Positions 52,325 through 62,588 of a DNA stretch of 64,000 nt are shown in pieces (position 1 is the first letter of the stretch; each line of letters opens with the position of its first letter). The stretch is from Planctomycetota bacterium (GTDB taxonomy: Bacteria > Planctomycetota > Planctomycetia > Gemmatales > Gemmataceae). The stretch is taken from positions 5,117 through 69,116 of the forward strand of contig VGZJ01000001.1 in the NCBI GenBank assembly GCA_016872595.1. Reading direction: 5' to 3'. The translations under genes and the position numbers were made by a program. The notes beneath the pieces are model-generated. The model worked only from the letters and a program-made list of their open reading frames with translations, made no database searches and was not told where the DNA came from.

Positions 52325-52984
52325 TCACTTCGGCGGGCGCAGCGATTCCACTTGGGGCAGGTCGTCGAGCGTGTTCATGCCGAAGGCTTGTAGGAACTTT
52401 TTCGTCGTGCCGTACAGTTGCGGGCGGCCGAGCGAGTCGTGCCGCCCGGCCACCTTCACAAGCCCCTTTTCCATCAACTGACGGATCACCTCGCCGCACG
52501 CCACTCCGCGAACTTTCTCCACTTCCGCGCGCATTATGGGTTGCCGGTACGCAACCACGGCGAGGGTTTCGAGCGCCGCGCCGGTCAGGCGCAGTTCGTG
52601 CCCGGTGCGCTTCAGGCGCGCGAGCCACGAGTGGTACACCGGGCGGGTGAGCAGTTGGTAGCCGCCGGCGATCTCCTCGATCTGAAACGCGGTGCCGTCG
52701 GCGTCGTACAACACGCGCAGGCGCTCGACTGCGGCGCGGGCCTCGGCCGCGTCGAGCAACCCGGCCACGTCCGCGAGCTTCCGCGCCGCGAGCGGCTCGT
52801 CGGCGATCAGCAACGCGGCCTCGACGCGCGCCAGTTTGCCGTCGCGCGCGTTCGGCACGCGCGCCGCCGCCTCACCGACGGGATCGAACCGCGCGTGCAG
52901 CGCGCGCGGCACGCGCGCGTTGTCGCGGTGGCGCGTGTACGGGCGGCGCGCCGCCGGGCCGAAGCGCTGGCGCAGGTGGTTCAT
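52325..52984 (-). CDS. scpB: SMC-Scp complex subunit ScpB
   Basis: VEAALLIA, AGGYQLLT, ALETLAVVAYRQP, RGV, GRPQLYGTT. Confidence 0.95.
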   Translation of the reverse strand: MNHLRQRFGPAARRPYTRHRDNARVPRALHARFDPVGEAAARVPNARDGKLARVEAALLIADEPLAARKLADVAGLLDAAEARAAVERLRVLYDADGTAFQIEEIAGGYQLLTRPVYHSWLARLKRTGHELRLTGAALETLAVVAYRQPIMRAEVEKVRGVACGEVIRQLMEKGLVKVAGRHDSLGRPQLYGTTKKFLQAFGMNTLDDLPQVESLRPPK

Positions 52985-53064
52985 GCGAACGGCTCCTTGT
53001 GCCCGAATCGCACGCACGATACAGTATCCCCCTGCGTTCGTCACCCCCAGTCAAGCGGTGCGCC

Positions 53065-54276
53065 GTGCCCGAACTGTGGTCCGCGTTCCTCCCGCACCCG
53101 TGGAACCTCGTTGCCGCCGGCGCGGTCGCCGCCGCGCTCGTCTTCGGGTTCATCGGCGCGTCCGCGTTCCTCGGCATCTGGGCCGAACGCAAGGTGTCCG
53201 CGCGCATGCAGGACCGCCTCGGGCCGACGCGCGTCGGCCCGCTCGGGCTGCTCCAGTCACTCGCTGACGGCATTAAGTTGATCGCCAAGGAGGACGTGGC
53301 CCCGCACGGGTCCGACAAGTTCCTCTTCAAGTTGGCCCCGTATCTCGCGTTTTGCGCCGCGTTCTGCGGGTTCCTCGCGCTCCCGTTCGGCGCGGGCCTC
53401 GTCGCGCACGAACTGAACGTCGCCGCGTTCTTCATGCTCGCGGTGCTGTCGAGCGAAGTGTTCGGTGTCGTACTCGCCGGGTACGCGAGCGCGAGCAAGT
53501 GGTCGCTGTTCGGCGGCGTGCGCGAGGCGGCCCAAGTGGTGAGCTACGAGGTGCCGCGCGCGATGTGCGTGGTGGTGCCGGTGTGCGTCGCCGGCACGCT
53601 CAACCTGAACACTATCGGGCACCAGCAACAGGGCGCGTTCTGGAACTGGAACCTGTTCCACGACCCGTTCACGTTCGTTGCGTTCTTCGTGTTCTTCATC
53701 ACCGCGACCGCGAGCTGCAAGCGCGCGCCGTTCGACCTCGCGGAGGCCGAGAGCGAACTCGTGGCCGGGTTCCACACCGAGTACAGCGGCATCCGCTGGT
53801 CGTACTTCTTCCTCGCGGAGTACGGCAGCATGTTCGCGGTCAGCGGGCTGGCGTCGCTGCTGTTCCTCGGCGGCTGGCACACCGGGCTCCTGCCGTTCGA
53901 GCCGAGCGTCGAGTTCGGGTTCTGGCTCGGCAACCTGTTGAACGTCGGCGTCTTCGTCGGCAAGTGTTGGCTTCTCGTGCTGGTGATGATGTGGATGCGC
54001 TGGAGCCTGCCGCGGCTGCGCATCGATCAGGTGATGATGACGTGCCTCAAGTACTTCCTGCCGATGAGTTGCGTGCTGCTTGTGGGCGTGTGCCTGTGGC
54101 AACTGCTCGTGCCGTCCGCGGTCGCGGTGGTCGTGAAGTACGCGATGGCGGGCGCGTGCGCGGCCGGCGCGCTCGCGGTGTTCGTGAGCCTGTTCCGTTC
54201 GCCGGGAACCGCGTTCGCCCCCGCCGGACAGTTGCCCGGCGCGTGGGACGGCCACACGTTCGCGCCGAAGAAGTGA
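53065..54276 (+). CDS. nuoH: NADH-quinone oxidoreductase subunit H
   Basis: ERKVSARMQDRLGP, ADGIKLIAKED, SYEVP, RAPFDLAEAESELVAGFHTEYS, PRLRIDQ. Confidence 0.96.
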   Translation: MPELWSAFLPHPWNLVAAGAVAAALVFGFIGASAFLGIWAERKVSARMQDRLGPTRVGPLGLLQSLADGIKLIAKEDVAPHGSDKFLFKLAPYLAFCAAFCGFLALPFGAGLVAHELNVAAFFMLAVLSSEVFGVVLAGYASASKWSLFGGVREAAQVVSYEVPRAMCVVVPVCVAGTLNLNTIGHQQQGAFWNWNLFHDPFTFVAFFVFFITATASCKRAPFDLAEAESELVAGFHTEYSGIRWSYFFLAEYGSMFAVSGLASLLFLGGWHTGLLPFEPSVEFGFWLGNLLNVGVFVGKCWLLVLVMMWMRWSLPRLRIDQVMMTCLKYFLPMSCVLLVGVCLWQLLVPSAVAVVVKYAMAGACAAGALAVFVSLFRSPGTAFAPAGQLPGAWDGHTFAPKK

Positions 54277-54326
54277 GCGCGTGGGGCGTTGGTCGCGCCG
54301 GGACCAGACGCTAAACAAGCCACACC

Positions 54327-56621
54327 ATGCGCATTCGACCGTACCTCGTTCTCGCCCTGCTCTGGCTGCTGTACTTTCACCCGCTCGTGTTGCGCCCGGC
54401 GCACACGCTGTTCGCGCCGTACTCGGACTTCCTCGCGGAACACCTGCCGGCGAAGCTGTTCCTCAACCGCGAGTGGCGCGCGACCGGCGCACTGCCGCTG
54501 TGGAACCCGTACCACTTCTGCGGCGTGCCGTTCGTTCACGACATTCAGGTCGGGGCGTTCTACCCGCCGAACGCGGTCGTGTACCTTGTGCCCGGACGCG
54601 CGGTCGGGGCGGCGCTCAGTTGGGTGATCGCGCTGCACGTCCTCGCGGCCGGTATCTTCGCGTACCTCTACGCCCGCGCGCGCGGCTTGGGCGAACTCGG
54701 CGGCGTCGTCGCCGCGACCGGGTTCATGCTCTCGTCGAAGTGGATGACGCACCTGCTCCTCGCCGGGCACACCGTCACCATCGGCCTCGCGTGGCTGCCG
54801 CTCTTGCTGCTCGCCATCGAGCGCGCGGTCGCGCGGCGCAGCGCCCGCGGCGCGGTGTGCGCGGGCGCTGTGGTGGCGCTGCTCGGCCTCGGCACGCACC
54901 CGCAATGGGCGTTCTACGCGGTGCTGTTCGCGCTCGTGTGGACGTTCCCCGCGGGGCTCGCGGCGCGGAAGCCGTGGCTCGCGTGTTGGGCCGGGGCCGG
55001 CGCGGTCGCGTTCCTGCTCGGTGCGGTGCAGGTGCTCCCGACGCTGGAAGCCGCACAGTTCTCGGCACGAAGCGGCGGCCTCGATGCGCAGGGAACGCTG
55101 TCTGTTGGCATCGGCACCCTCTTCGCGCTGGTCGGCCCGTCGCGGGCGTACTCGCCGCCGCACTCGTGGGAAATGCAGGGCGTGTTCGGGCTGTTCTGGC
55201 TGGGGGCCGCGTGCGCCGCGCCGCTGCTCGGCGCGACCCGCGCCCGGTGGCAGTTCGGCGTGTTGTGCGGGCTGTTCGCGTTCGCGCTCGGCGGCGCGGT
55301 TCTTGTGGAATGGCTACCGGGGTTCGACCTGTTCCGCGTGCCGACGCGGATGCTGGTGGTCGCGGCGTTCCCGCTCGCGTTTCTCGCGGGAACCAGCGCG
55401 GACGCGGTGGCGCGCGCCGCGTGGAGCGCCGACGCGCGCCTCGCGCTGTCGCGCGGGTTCCGTCGCGCCGTGTACTTCGCCGGCCTGCCCACGATCCTCG
55501 GTCTCGCGTTCTCGGCCGGCGAGGTGAGCCGCGAGTTCGTCGCGTACTGGCTCGCGGCGCTCGTTTCGTTGCCGCTGTTCGTGCGCGTTCTGCAACAAGG
55601 GCGAACTTCACCACACGCGCGGGTCGCCCTGCTGGGCGCGATCCTCCTTGCGGACCTTGTCGCGCCGACCGCGCGCTACGTTGCGGTGAGGCCACAGGCC
55701 GAACTGCACCCGACGTCGCCGTTGCTCGAATACCTCGCCGCGCGCCCGGAGCCGGTGCGCGTCCTCGATTGGGACGTGGGGCAGAACGGGGCCGATTCGT
55801 CGGTCCTCGGCACCGGCGCGCCGCAGGCGCTCGTGCGCGGCGTCGCCACGCCGCGCGGGTACAACCCGCTCGACGTGCGCCACTACCGCGAGTTCCTCGC
55901 GCTGATTCTGAACGACCCCGGCCCGTTGCGCGGCAACGGCCCGTACACGCAGCAGGTGATCCCGAACTTCGAGGTCGGGAACGACACACTGTTCCGGTTG
56001 CTCGCGGTCACGCACCGCGTCGCGCCGCCGGGCGCGTACGCGCCGCCGGGCGAATGGAAGGTGCTGCTCACGGACCCCGCGCCGCCCGCGCCGCCGCCGC
56101 TCGCGCCGGGTTCGCCCAACCCGCTGCCGCCGCACGCCCTAACCGAGGCCGCCCCTGCCCCGCCGCGGGCATGGGTCGTGCCGCGCGCTGCGCCGCTGCC
56201 CGAAGACATGGCCGACGCGCTGGCCGCACTGAAACGCGCCGACTTCGCGCGCACCGTGTTCCTGACCAACGCGGCATCGACGGCACACGCCGGCCCCGCA
56301 CCGGGCGCGGCGCGGATCGTCGAGTACCGCGCGAACCGCGTAACGGTGGAACTGGACGGCTCCGCGGGCTGGCTGGTGCTGAGCGACGTGTGGTTCCCCG
56401 GTTGGACGTGCCACATCGACGGGGCCGAAGTGCCGGTCGAGCGGGCGAACCACGCCTTCCGCGCCGTGCCGGTGCCGGCCGGGGCGAAGGTCGCGGTGTT
56501 CACCTTCGCGCCGCGCTCGTACCGCGCCGGCTGGTGGGTCAGCGCGGCGGCGCTCGCGCTGGTGCTCGCGTTCGGCGCGTGGTGCGCCGCGCGGCCTACC
56601 CCCCGCGCCGGCGCAGGGTGA
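54327..56621 (+). CDS. YfhO-like polytopic membrane protein (GT-C-like)
   Basis: PLWNPY..CGVPF, FYPPN, FRVPTR, LVLSD.WFPGW, RANHAFRAV. Confidence 0.85.
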   Translation: MRIRPYLVLALLWLLYFHPLVLRPAHTLFAPYSDFLAEHLPAKLFLNREWRATGALPLWNPYHFCGVPFVHDIQVGAFYPPNAVVYLVPGRAVGAALSWVIALHVLAAGIFAYLYARARGLGELGGVVAATGFMLSSKWMTHLLLAGHTVTIGLAWLPLLLLAIERAVARRSARGAVCAGAVVALLGLGTHPQWAFYAVLFALVWTFPAGLAARKPWLACWAGAGAVAFLLGAVQVLPTLEAAQFSARSGGLDAQGTLSVGIGTLFALVGPSRAYSPPHSWEMQGVFGLFWLGAACAAPLLGATRARWQFGVLCGLFAFALGGAVLVEWLPGFDLFRVPTRMLVVAAFPLAFLAGTSADAVARAAWSADARLALSRGFRRAVYFAGLPTILGLAFSAGEVSREFVAYWLAALVSLPLFVRVLQQGRTSPHARVALLGAILLADLVAPTARYVAVRPQAELHPTSPLLEYLAARPEPVRVLDWDVGQNGADSSVLGTGAPQALVRGVATPRGYNPLDVRHYREFLALILNDPGPLRGNGPYTQQVIPNFEVGNDTLFRLLAVTHRVAPPGAYAPPGEWKVLLTDPAPPAPPPLAPGSPNPLPPHALTEAAPAPPRAWVVPRAAPLPEDMADALAALKRADFARTVFLTNAASTAHAGPAPGAARIVEYRANRVTVELDGSAGWLVLSDVWFPGWTCHIDGAEVPVERANHAFRAVPVPAGAKVAVFTFAPRSYRAGWWVSAAALALVLAFGAWCAARPTPRAGAG

Positions 56622-57936
56622 ACAACAGGAGCGCCGCGCCGGCAATCGCGCTGCACAGTGAACCGAGCAGGATGCCGAGTTTCGCGTCGGTCAGCAGGCG
56701 CGGGTGTTGCGCCTCGGGGAACGCCAGACCCGCCACGAACAGCGACATCGTGAACCCGATGCCGGCGAGGAACCCGCCGCCGAGGAGCATCGGCCACGTC
56801 ACGCCCTGCGGCAGGGCCGCGACGCCCAACCGCACCGCGACGAAACTGAACAGCACCACGCCAACCGGCTTCCCCAAGAACAGCGCGAGCGCGGTCGCAA
56901 CCGAGACGGATTCGGTGATCGCGCTCGTGTCGATCTGCACGCCGGCGTTGGCGAGCGCGAACAGCGGCATGATGACGAACCCGACCCACGGGTGCAGCCC
57001 GGTTTCGAGGCGCTCCAGCGGCGACACGCTCTCCTTCGCCGCGAACGCCATCATCTGAAGCTCGCCCGCGTCCGGGCCGGTGTCGTCGTGTTCGAGCCGC
57101 GCGGCCACGTCCACCATCGAGAGGCGCAGCGCGTCGCGCCCGACCCACGCGCTGGGCGGCGTGAGCAGGCCGAGCAGCACGCCCGCGACCGTGGGGTGAA
57201 CGCCGGACTTGTACACTGCGAGCCAGATGCCCGCGCCCACGAACACGTAGACGGTGATGGCGCGCACGCCGGCGCGGTTGAGCGCGTAGGTGAGTACGAA
57301 GCCGCCCGCGGCCAGCGCGAGCATCGCCCCGTCCAACCCGCTGCTGTAGAACGCGGCGATCACGACGACCGCGCCGATGTCGTCGGCAATGGCGAGCGAG
57401 AGCAGCATGATCTTGAGCCCGAACGGGAGCCGCGGGCCGAACAGGGCCATGATGCCGACCACGAACGCGATGTCGGTCGCCATTGGCACGCCCCAGCCGC
57501 GGAACGGCGGCGCGCCGAACTGCTTCGCCTGTAGCGCCATGTAGATCGCGGCCGGCACGATCATGCCGCCGAGCGCCGCGGCCACCGGCAGCGCGGCCTT
57601 CCGCGCGTCGCGCAGTTCGCCGGCCACAAGCTCGCGCTTGATCTCCAACCCCACGACGAAAAAGAAGATCGTCATGAGCACGTCGTTCACGACGAAGTGT
57701 CCGAGGTCGCCGCCGAGGGTGAACGGGCCGATGGTGACGAGAACCGGCGTGTGCCAGAACTTGGCGTACGCGCCGGCGAGTGGCGAGTTCGCGAGCACGA
57801 GCGCGACGACCGTGCAGATCAGGAGCACGACGCCGCTGGCGGACTCGATCTGGAGGAACCGGGACAGCGGGCGCGTGAGTCGGCGGATCGGGGGCACCGG
57901 CAGATGCGGGTTGGTCGCGGTAGTCGCTTTCGCCAT
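56596..57936 (-). CDS. nhaA: Na+/H+ antiporter NhaA
   Basis: VNDVLMTIFFFVVGLEIKRE, GWGVPMATDIAF, LAIADD, PLFALANAG, GIGFTMSLF. Confidence 0.96.
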   Translation of the reverse strand: MAKATTATNPHLPVPPIRRLTRPLSRFLQIESASGVVLLICTVVALVLANSPLAGAYAKFWHTPVLVTIGPFTLGGDLGHFVVNDVLMTIFFFVVGLEIKRELVAGELRDARKAALPVAAALGGMIVPAAIYMALQAKQFGAPPFRGWGVPMATDIAFVVGIMALFGPRLPFGLKIMLLSLAIADDIGAVVVIAAFYSSGLDGAMLALAAGGFVLTYALNRAGVRAITVYVFVGAGIWLAVYKSGVHPTVAGVLLGLLTPPSAWVGRDALRLSMVDVAARLEHDDTGPDAGELQMMAFAAKESVSPLERLETGLHPWVGFVIMPLFALANAGVQIDTSAITESVSVATALALFLGKPVGVVLFSFVAVRLGVAALPQGVTWPMLLGGGFLAGIGFTMSLFVAGLAFPEAQHPRLLTDAKLGILLGSLCSAIAGAALLLFTLRRRGG

Positions 57937-58428
57937 GAGGTAGAAGTGTAGTCTGCGGGGCGTACGAAAAAAACGCCGCCGCGATTGAACCGCACCTTCA
58001 TCCTGTAATAGTAAAAAACGAGGGAGCACAGTAAACGGATGTGCGCGTCGGCGTTATGTTTCGGCCGCCGGAAGCCAACACAGGAAGTGTTGTGCAACAT
58101 CCTCAACACGTGCCACATCGGAGCGCGTGACCGACGGGTCGTTTTCTCGAGTCTGGTACGCAGTTCTTTGCTCGTTATCAGAGCAGGCTTGCAGTCGAGG
58201 TGCGCGCAGGGTGCTCTTTCAAGCCCGCGGCACGCGGAAACGCCTAACCACATCACGAACAAGTCATAACAGGCTCTGGGGAAGCCGAACGGCCGCGGTT
58301 CGGGGTACTCGGCACACGGAATCGAGCCGCAGTGTGGCGAAAAGCGCGAAAAATCACGCGCGGGGTACGTCCTATTTTCCGCACGGCGCGCCCCGGCGCG
58401 CCCTCTCCCCGCGTTGGAGCCAGTGCCC

Positions 58429-59268
58429 ATGCCGTACAGCGCCGAAATCAACCGCGCACAGCCCACGAGCTTCGTGTTCCTCGTCGATCAATCGGGGTCG
58501 ATGGGCGACCCCATCGGCGGAACCGGGCGGCGCAAGTCCGAGGCCGTCGCCGACGCCATCAACCGATTGCTCCACGCCCTCGTGCGGCGCTCGACGAAGG
58601 GCGACGGCGTGCGCGACTACTTCCACATCGGGGTAATCGGGTACGGGGCGAAGGTGGGGCCGGCACTCGGCGGCAAGCTGACGCCGGAACAGCTGGTGCC
58701 GATCAGCGCTGTGGCGGACAACGTGTTGCGGGTCGAGGAGCGAACGAAAAAGGTGGACGACGGCATGGGCGGCGTCGCGTCCATGACGGCCAAGATGCAG
58801 GTGTGGTTCGAGCCGGTGGCGGACGGCTCGACGCCGATGTGTGCCGCGCTCGAACAGGCCCGGCAGCGGGTCGCGGCGTTCGCGGCCCGCTACCCGCACG
58901 CCCACCCGCCCATCGTTCTCAACATCACCGACGGCGAGGCCGACGACCCGGAAGCGGCGGTCGAAGCCGCGGCCGGTGCGGTCCGCGCGGTCGCCACCAC
59001 CGACGGCAACGTGTTGCTGTTCAACCTGCACGTGTCGTGCTCGAACTGGAACCCGGTATCGTACCCGGACTCCGACGCGGCCCTGCCCGACAAGTACGCG
59101 CGGCTGCTGTACCGCACGTCGAGCGTGCTGACCCCGCGGGCCGTGACCCTCGCGGGCGCGAAGGGCTATCGCGTGAGCGCGGCGTCGCGCGGGTTCGTGT
59201 TCAACGGCGACGCCGTGACCGTGAGCGAGTTCCTCGACATCGGCACGCAGGTCCCGCCCCCCCGGTAG
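58429..59268 (+). CDS. vWA domain protein (TerY-like)
   Basis: MIDAS DQSGSM, GSTPM, NITDG. Confidence 0.9.
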   Translation: MPYSAEINRAQPTSFVFLVDQSGSMGDPIGGTGRRKSEAVADAINRLLHALVRRSTKGDGVRDYFHIGVIGYGAKVGPALGGKLTPEQLVPISAVADNVLRVEERTKKVDDGMGGVASMTAKMQVWFEPVADGSTPMCAALEQARQRVAAFAARYPHAHPPIVLNITDGEADDPEAAVEAAAGAVRAVATTDGNVLLFNLHVSCSNWNPVSYPDSDAALPDKYARLLYRTSSVLTPRAVTLAGAKGYRVSAASRGFVFNGDAVTVSEFLDIGTQVPPPR

Positions 59269-59279
59269 CGCGCACCCCC

Positions 59280-59987
59280 ATGCCGACCCGCTCTGCCACG
59301 TTCTGGGTTCCGAAGCGCGGCCACGCGCCGGAGGAGTACGAGGACGCCGCCGCCGCGGTCGACGGCGCGGGCCGGTACGCCGTCGCGGACGGGGCCGCGG
59401 AGAGCGCGTTCGCGCGGCCGTGGGCCGAGGCGCTGGTTCGCGCGTTCGTGGCCCTGCCGCCGGCGCGCACCGCGTGGGGCGAGTGGCTCCCGGGGGCACA
59501 GACCGCGTGGGCGGACGCCGTCGGCACCGGGCCGCGCCCGTGGTACGTCGAAGAAAAGGTCGAGGAGGGCGCGTTCGCCACGTTCGCCGGCCTCGTGATC
59601 GACGACGACGGGTGGCGGGCGTTCGCGGTGGGCGACGCTTGCGTGTTCCAGTTCCGCGCCGGGGCGCTGGCGTCCGCGTTCCCGGTGGAGCACGCGGCCG
59701 ACTTCGGCACCGTGCCCAAGTTGCTCAACTCGCGCGCCGCGCCCGCGCGGGCCGAGGCCGACGCCGACGCCACCCCCGGCGACCGACTCCCCGGCGACTG
59801 CTTCCTGCTCGCCACCGACGCCCTCGCCCAGTGGGTGCTGCGCCGGCACGAGGCCGGGGCCGGGCCGTGGGTCGAGCTCGAACCGGCCCTGACCGGGGAC
59901 GGGCCGTTCGCGGAGTGGGTGAGCGCCCGCCGCGCCGCGGGCGCGATGAAGAACGACGACGTGACGCTGATCGTGGTTCACACCTGA
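59280..59987 (+). CDS. PP2C-family phosphatase (TerY-P type)
   Basis: EEYED, AVADGA.ES, VGDAC, LATDAL, MKNDDVT. Confidence 0.9.
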   Translation: MPTRSATFWVPKRGHAPEEYEDAAAAVDGAGRYAVADGAAESAFARPWAEALVRAFVALPPARTAWGEWLPGAQTAWADAVGTGPRPWYVEEKVEEGAFATFAGLVIDDDGWRAFAVGDACVFQFRAGALASAFPVEHAADFGTVPKLLNSRAAPARAEADADATPGDRLPGDCFLLATDALAQWVLRRHEAGAGPWVELEPALTGDGPFAEWVSARRAAGAMKNDDVTLIVVHT

Positions 59988-60007
59988 CGCGCGCCGGAGG
60001 CCCCGCG

Positions 60008-62545
60008 ATGCCGCTCCCGACCGGGTCGGACTACTTCGAGGCGATCCAGAACCCGCAGTTCTGCTTCGAGCGCCCGGCGCTGCGCGGCGGCCGGGTCGTG
60101 TGCGACGGGGCCGGCGTACCGAAGCCGATCACGGGAAACTTCGCCGAGGTGTACGAGTTCATTGGTGCCGGCGGCAAGCGCTGGGCGGTGAAGTGCTTCA
60201 CCCGCGAGATCGCCCAACTCCACCACCGCTACTCCACGACCGACGCGGCGCTGAAGGCGGCGCGCGCCGAACACGACCTGTCGTTCCTCGCCGGGTTCGA
60301 GTACGTGCCGCACGGCATCCGCGTAAACGGCGCGTGGCACCCCGTGGTACTGATGGACTGGGTGCAGGGGCAACTGCTCAACGACTTCGTGCGCGGCCAG
60401 TTGCACGCCCCGCACCGGTTGAAGGGGCTGGCGGAGATTTGGGTGCGGCTGGCCCAGAACCTGCGCGACGCCGGGATCGCCCACGGCGACCTGCAACACG
60501 GCAACGTGATGCTCGTGACGACCCCGCGCACCGCGCGCGTGGTGCTGGTGGACTACGACGGCATGTACGTGCCCGCCCTCGCCGGCACGCCCGCGAGCGA
60601 GTGCGGGCACCCGAGCTACCAGCACCCGGAGCGCGCCGGCGACCCGTTCCACGCCGAGGCGGATCGGTTCCCGCTGCTGGTGGTGTGCGCCGCGATCCGC
60701 GCGCTCGCGGCCGGCGGGCAAGCCCTGTGGGACCGGCACGACAACGGCGACAACTTGCTGTTCCGCGAAGCCGACCTGAAGAACCCGGGCGGGTCCCCAC
60801 TGCTGCGCGAACTGTGGGCGCTGCCCGACCCCGCGGCGCGCGCGCTGGCCGGGTGGGTGGTACTCGCGAGCCGGATGCCGCAGCGCGAAGTCCCGCACCT
60901 CGCGGACGTCTGGGCCGGCGGCGCGCCGCGCCTGACCGCCGAACAGCGGAAGCAGGTGGACCGCGTCCTCGGTGGGCGCGCCCCAGCGCTCGAACCGAAG
61001 CCGCCACCCGCTGCGACACCGGCACCGTCGCCCCGCACGATCCCCGTTCCCGCGGCGCGGCTCGCGCCGACGCCCGCGCCACGGATGCCCCCGAAGAAGG
61101 GACTGAAAAGGAAGAAGGGCAAACCTGCGTCGCCGCTCGCGGCCGTGGTCGCCCTCAGCGGCGGGTTGCTGTGTGCCTTCGCGGTTGGCCTGATCCTGTC
61201 ACGGAATCTTGCCGCGCCGAAGCCCGCGGTCGAAACGGCGACCGCGCCGGAGCCACCGATAAACGCCCCGCCGACGGTACCCGTGCCGCAACCGCTCCCG
61301 AAAGTGCCGCCGAACAAGCCGCCGCCGAAGCCGCCCGCGCCGGAACCGCCCAAGAAGCCGAGCGCCGAGCTGCGCCTCGCCGCCGGCCCCGTGACCCTCA
61401 AGCCGGGTCAGCGGGTGAGCGTCGACGTGAACCTGACGCGCGACGGCACCTTCGGCCCCGTGGTGCTCACGCCCACAGCGGTGACAAAGGGGCTAACTGT
61501 CACGCAGGGCGTGCCCGCGTTCGGCGACACCGTGCGGGTCGAACTCGCCGCCGCCACGGACCTCGCGCCGGGAACCGTGACGGTGCGGTTCCGCTCGGAG
61601 TTGGGCGGGGTCGCGACGGGCGCGCCGTTCGAGCTGACGGTGAAGGTCGTGCCGCTCTCCGCCCCGGCCGGCACCGGCGACGTGCTCGCCACCCTCGACG
61701 GGACCGTGTACCGCACCGCGATCAGCGCGGACGGGACCCGCGCCGTGGCCGGCGGCGTGGGCGGCCAGTTGCAGCGCGTGGACCTCAAGACCGGGGCCGA
61801 ACTGCCGCCGCTCAAGGGCACCATCGGGTTGATCCAGCACATGAGCGCTTCGGCCGACGGCACGCGCGCCGTGGTCGCGTTCGGGCAGGTGATCGAGGTC
61901 TGGGACCTGAGCGCCGGGAAGGTGCTTCACAAGCTGACATTCGGCGCGCGCCACGTCACGGCGCTCGCGCTCTCCGCGAACGGCAAACGGGCCGCTGTGG
62001 GCGGATTGGAGGGCGACATTCAGGTTTGGGAAGCGGACTCCGGCAAGGAACTCGCGCGCCTGACCGGGCACACGAAGATGATCGGCGGGCTGGCGCTCTC
62101 CGCGGACGGCACGCGCGCCCTCTCCTGCGCGCACGACAAGACCGCGCGCGTTTGGGACGTACTCACCGCGACCGAGTTGCGGCAGCTCCCCGCGACGCAG
62201 TTCATGCAGACCGTGGCCGCGCTCTCCGCGGACGGCAAACGCGCCGTCACCGCCGGGTACACGAAACTGCACGTGTGGGACGTATCCAACGGGAAGGAAC
62301 TGCACCGCCTCGAACCCAACACCGGGTACATCCAAGGCGTGGCCCTCACTCCGGACGGAAAGCGCGCGGCGTCCGTCGGACTCGCTAAAATGGTCATCGT
62401 GTGGAACCTCGACACGGGCAAGGAGCTGCGCCGGTTCGACGGCCACACGGACTACCTCAAGTCCGTCGGCATCACCGCGGACGGCACGCGCGCGGTGTCC
62501 GGCGGGAACGACAAGACCGTGCGCCTGTGGCGACTCAACGACTGA
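60008..62545 (+). CDS. TerY-P-type protein kinase with Pro-rich linker, TM helix, Ig-like domain and WD40 propeller
   Basis: GNFAEVY, AVKCF, HGDLQHGNV, VDYDGMY, GHPSYQHP; TM after KKGLKRKKGK; repeated ALSADG..A / VWD units. Confidence 0.9.
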   Translation: MPLPTGSDYFEAIQNPQFCFERPALRGGRVVCDGAGVPKPITGNFAEVYEFIGAGGKRWAVKCFTREIAQLHHRYSTTDAALKAARAEHDLSFLAGFEYVPHGIRVNGAWHPVVLMDWVQGQLLNDFVRGQLHAPHRLKGLAEIWVRLAQNLRDAGIAHGDLQHGNVMLVTTPRTARVVLVDYDGMYVPALAGTPASECGHPSYQHPERAGDPFHAEADRFPLLVVCAAIRALAAGGQALWDRHDNGDNLLFREADLKNPGGSPLLRELWALPDPAARALAGWVVLASRMPQREVPHLADVWAGGAPRLTAEQRKQVDRVLGGRAPALEPKPPPAATPAPSPRTIPVPAARLAPTPAPRMPPKKGLKRKKGKPASPLAAVVALSGGLLCAFAVGLILSRNLAAPKPAVETATAPEPPINAPPTVPVPQPLPKVPPNKPPPKPPAPEPPKKPSAELRLAAGPVTLKPGQRVSVDVNLTRDGTFGPVVLTPTAVTKGLTVTQGVPAFGDTVRVELAAATDLAPGTVTVRFRSELGGVATGAPFELTVKVVPLSAPAGTGDVLATLDGTVYRTAISADGTRAVAGGVGGQLQRVDLKTGAELPPLKGTIGLIQHMSASADGTRAVVAFGQVIEVWDLSAGKVLHKLTFGARHVTALALSANGKRAAVGGLEGDIQVWEADSGKELARLTGHTKMIGGLALSADGTRALSCAHDKTARVWDVLTATELRQLPATQFMQTVAALSADGKRAVTAGYTKLHVWDVSNGKELHRLEPNTGYIQGVALTPDGKRAASVGLAKMVIVWNLDTGKELRRFDGHTDYLKSVGITADGTRAVSGGNDKTVRLWRLND

Positions 62546-62588
62546 CCGCGGGGGCGACCGCGACGAACACCACTCCACTCCATCCAAC

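Noticed and set aside
57937..58420. nhaA-type Na+/Li+ riboswitch in the long intergenic region
   Set aside because: No recognisable conserved motif or convincing stem set upstream of nhaA; needs an Infernal search
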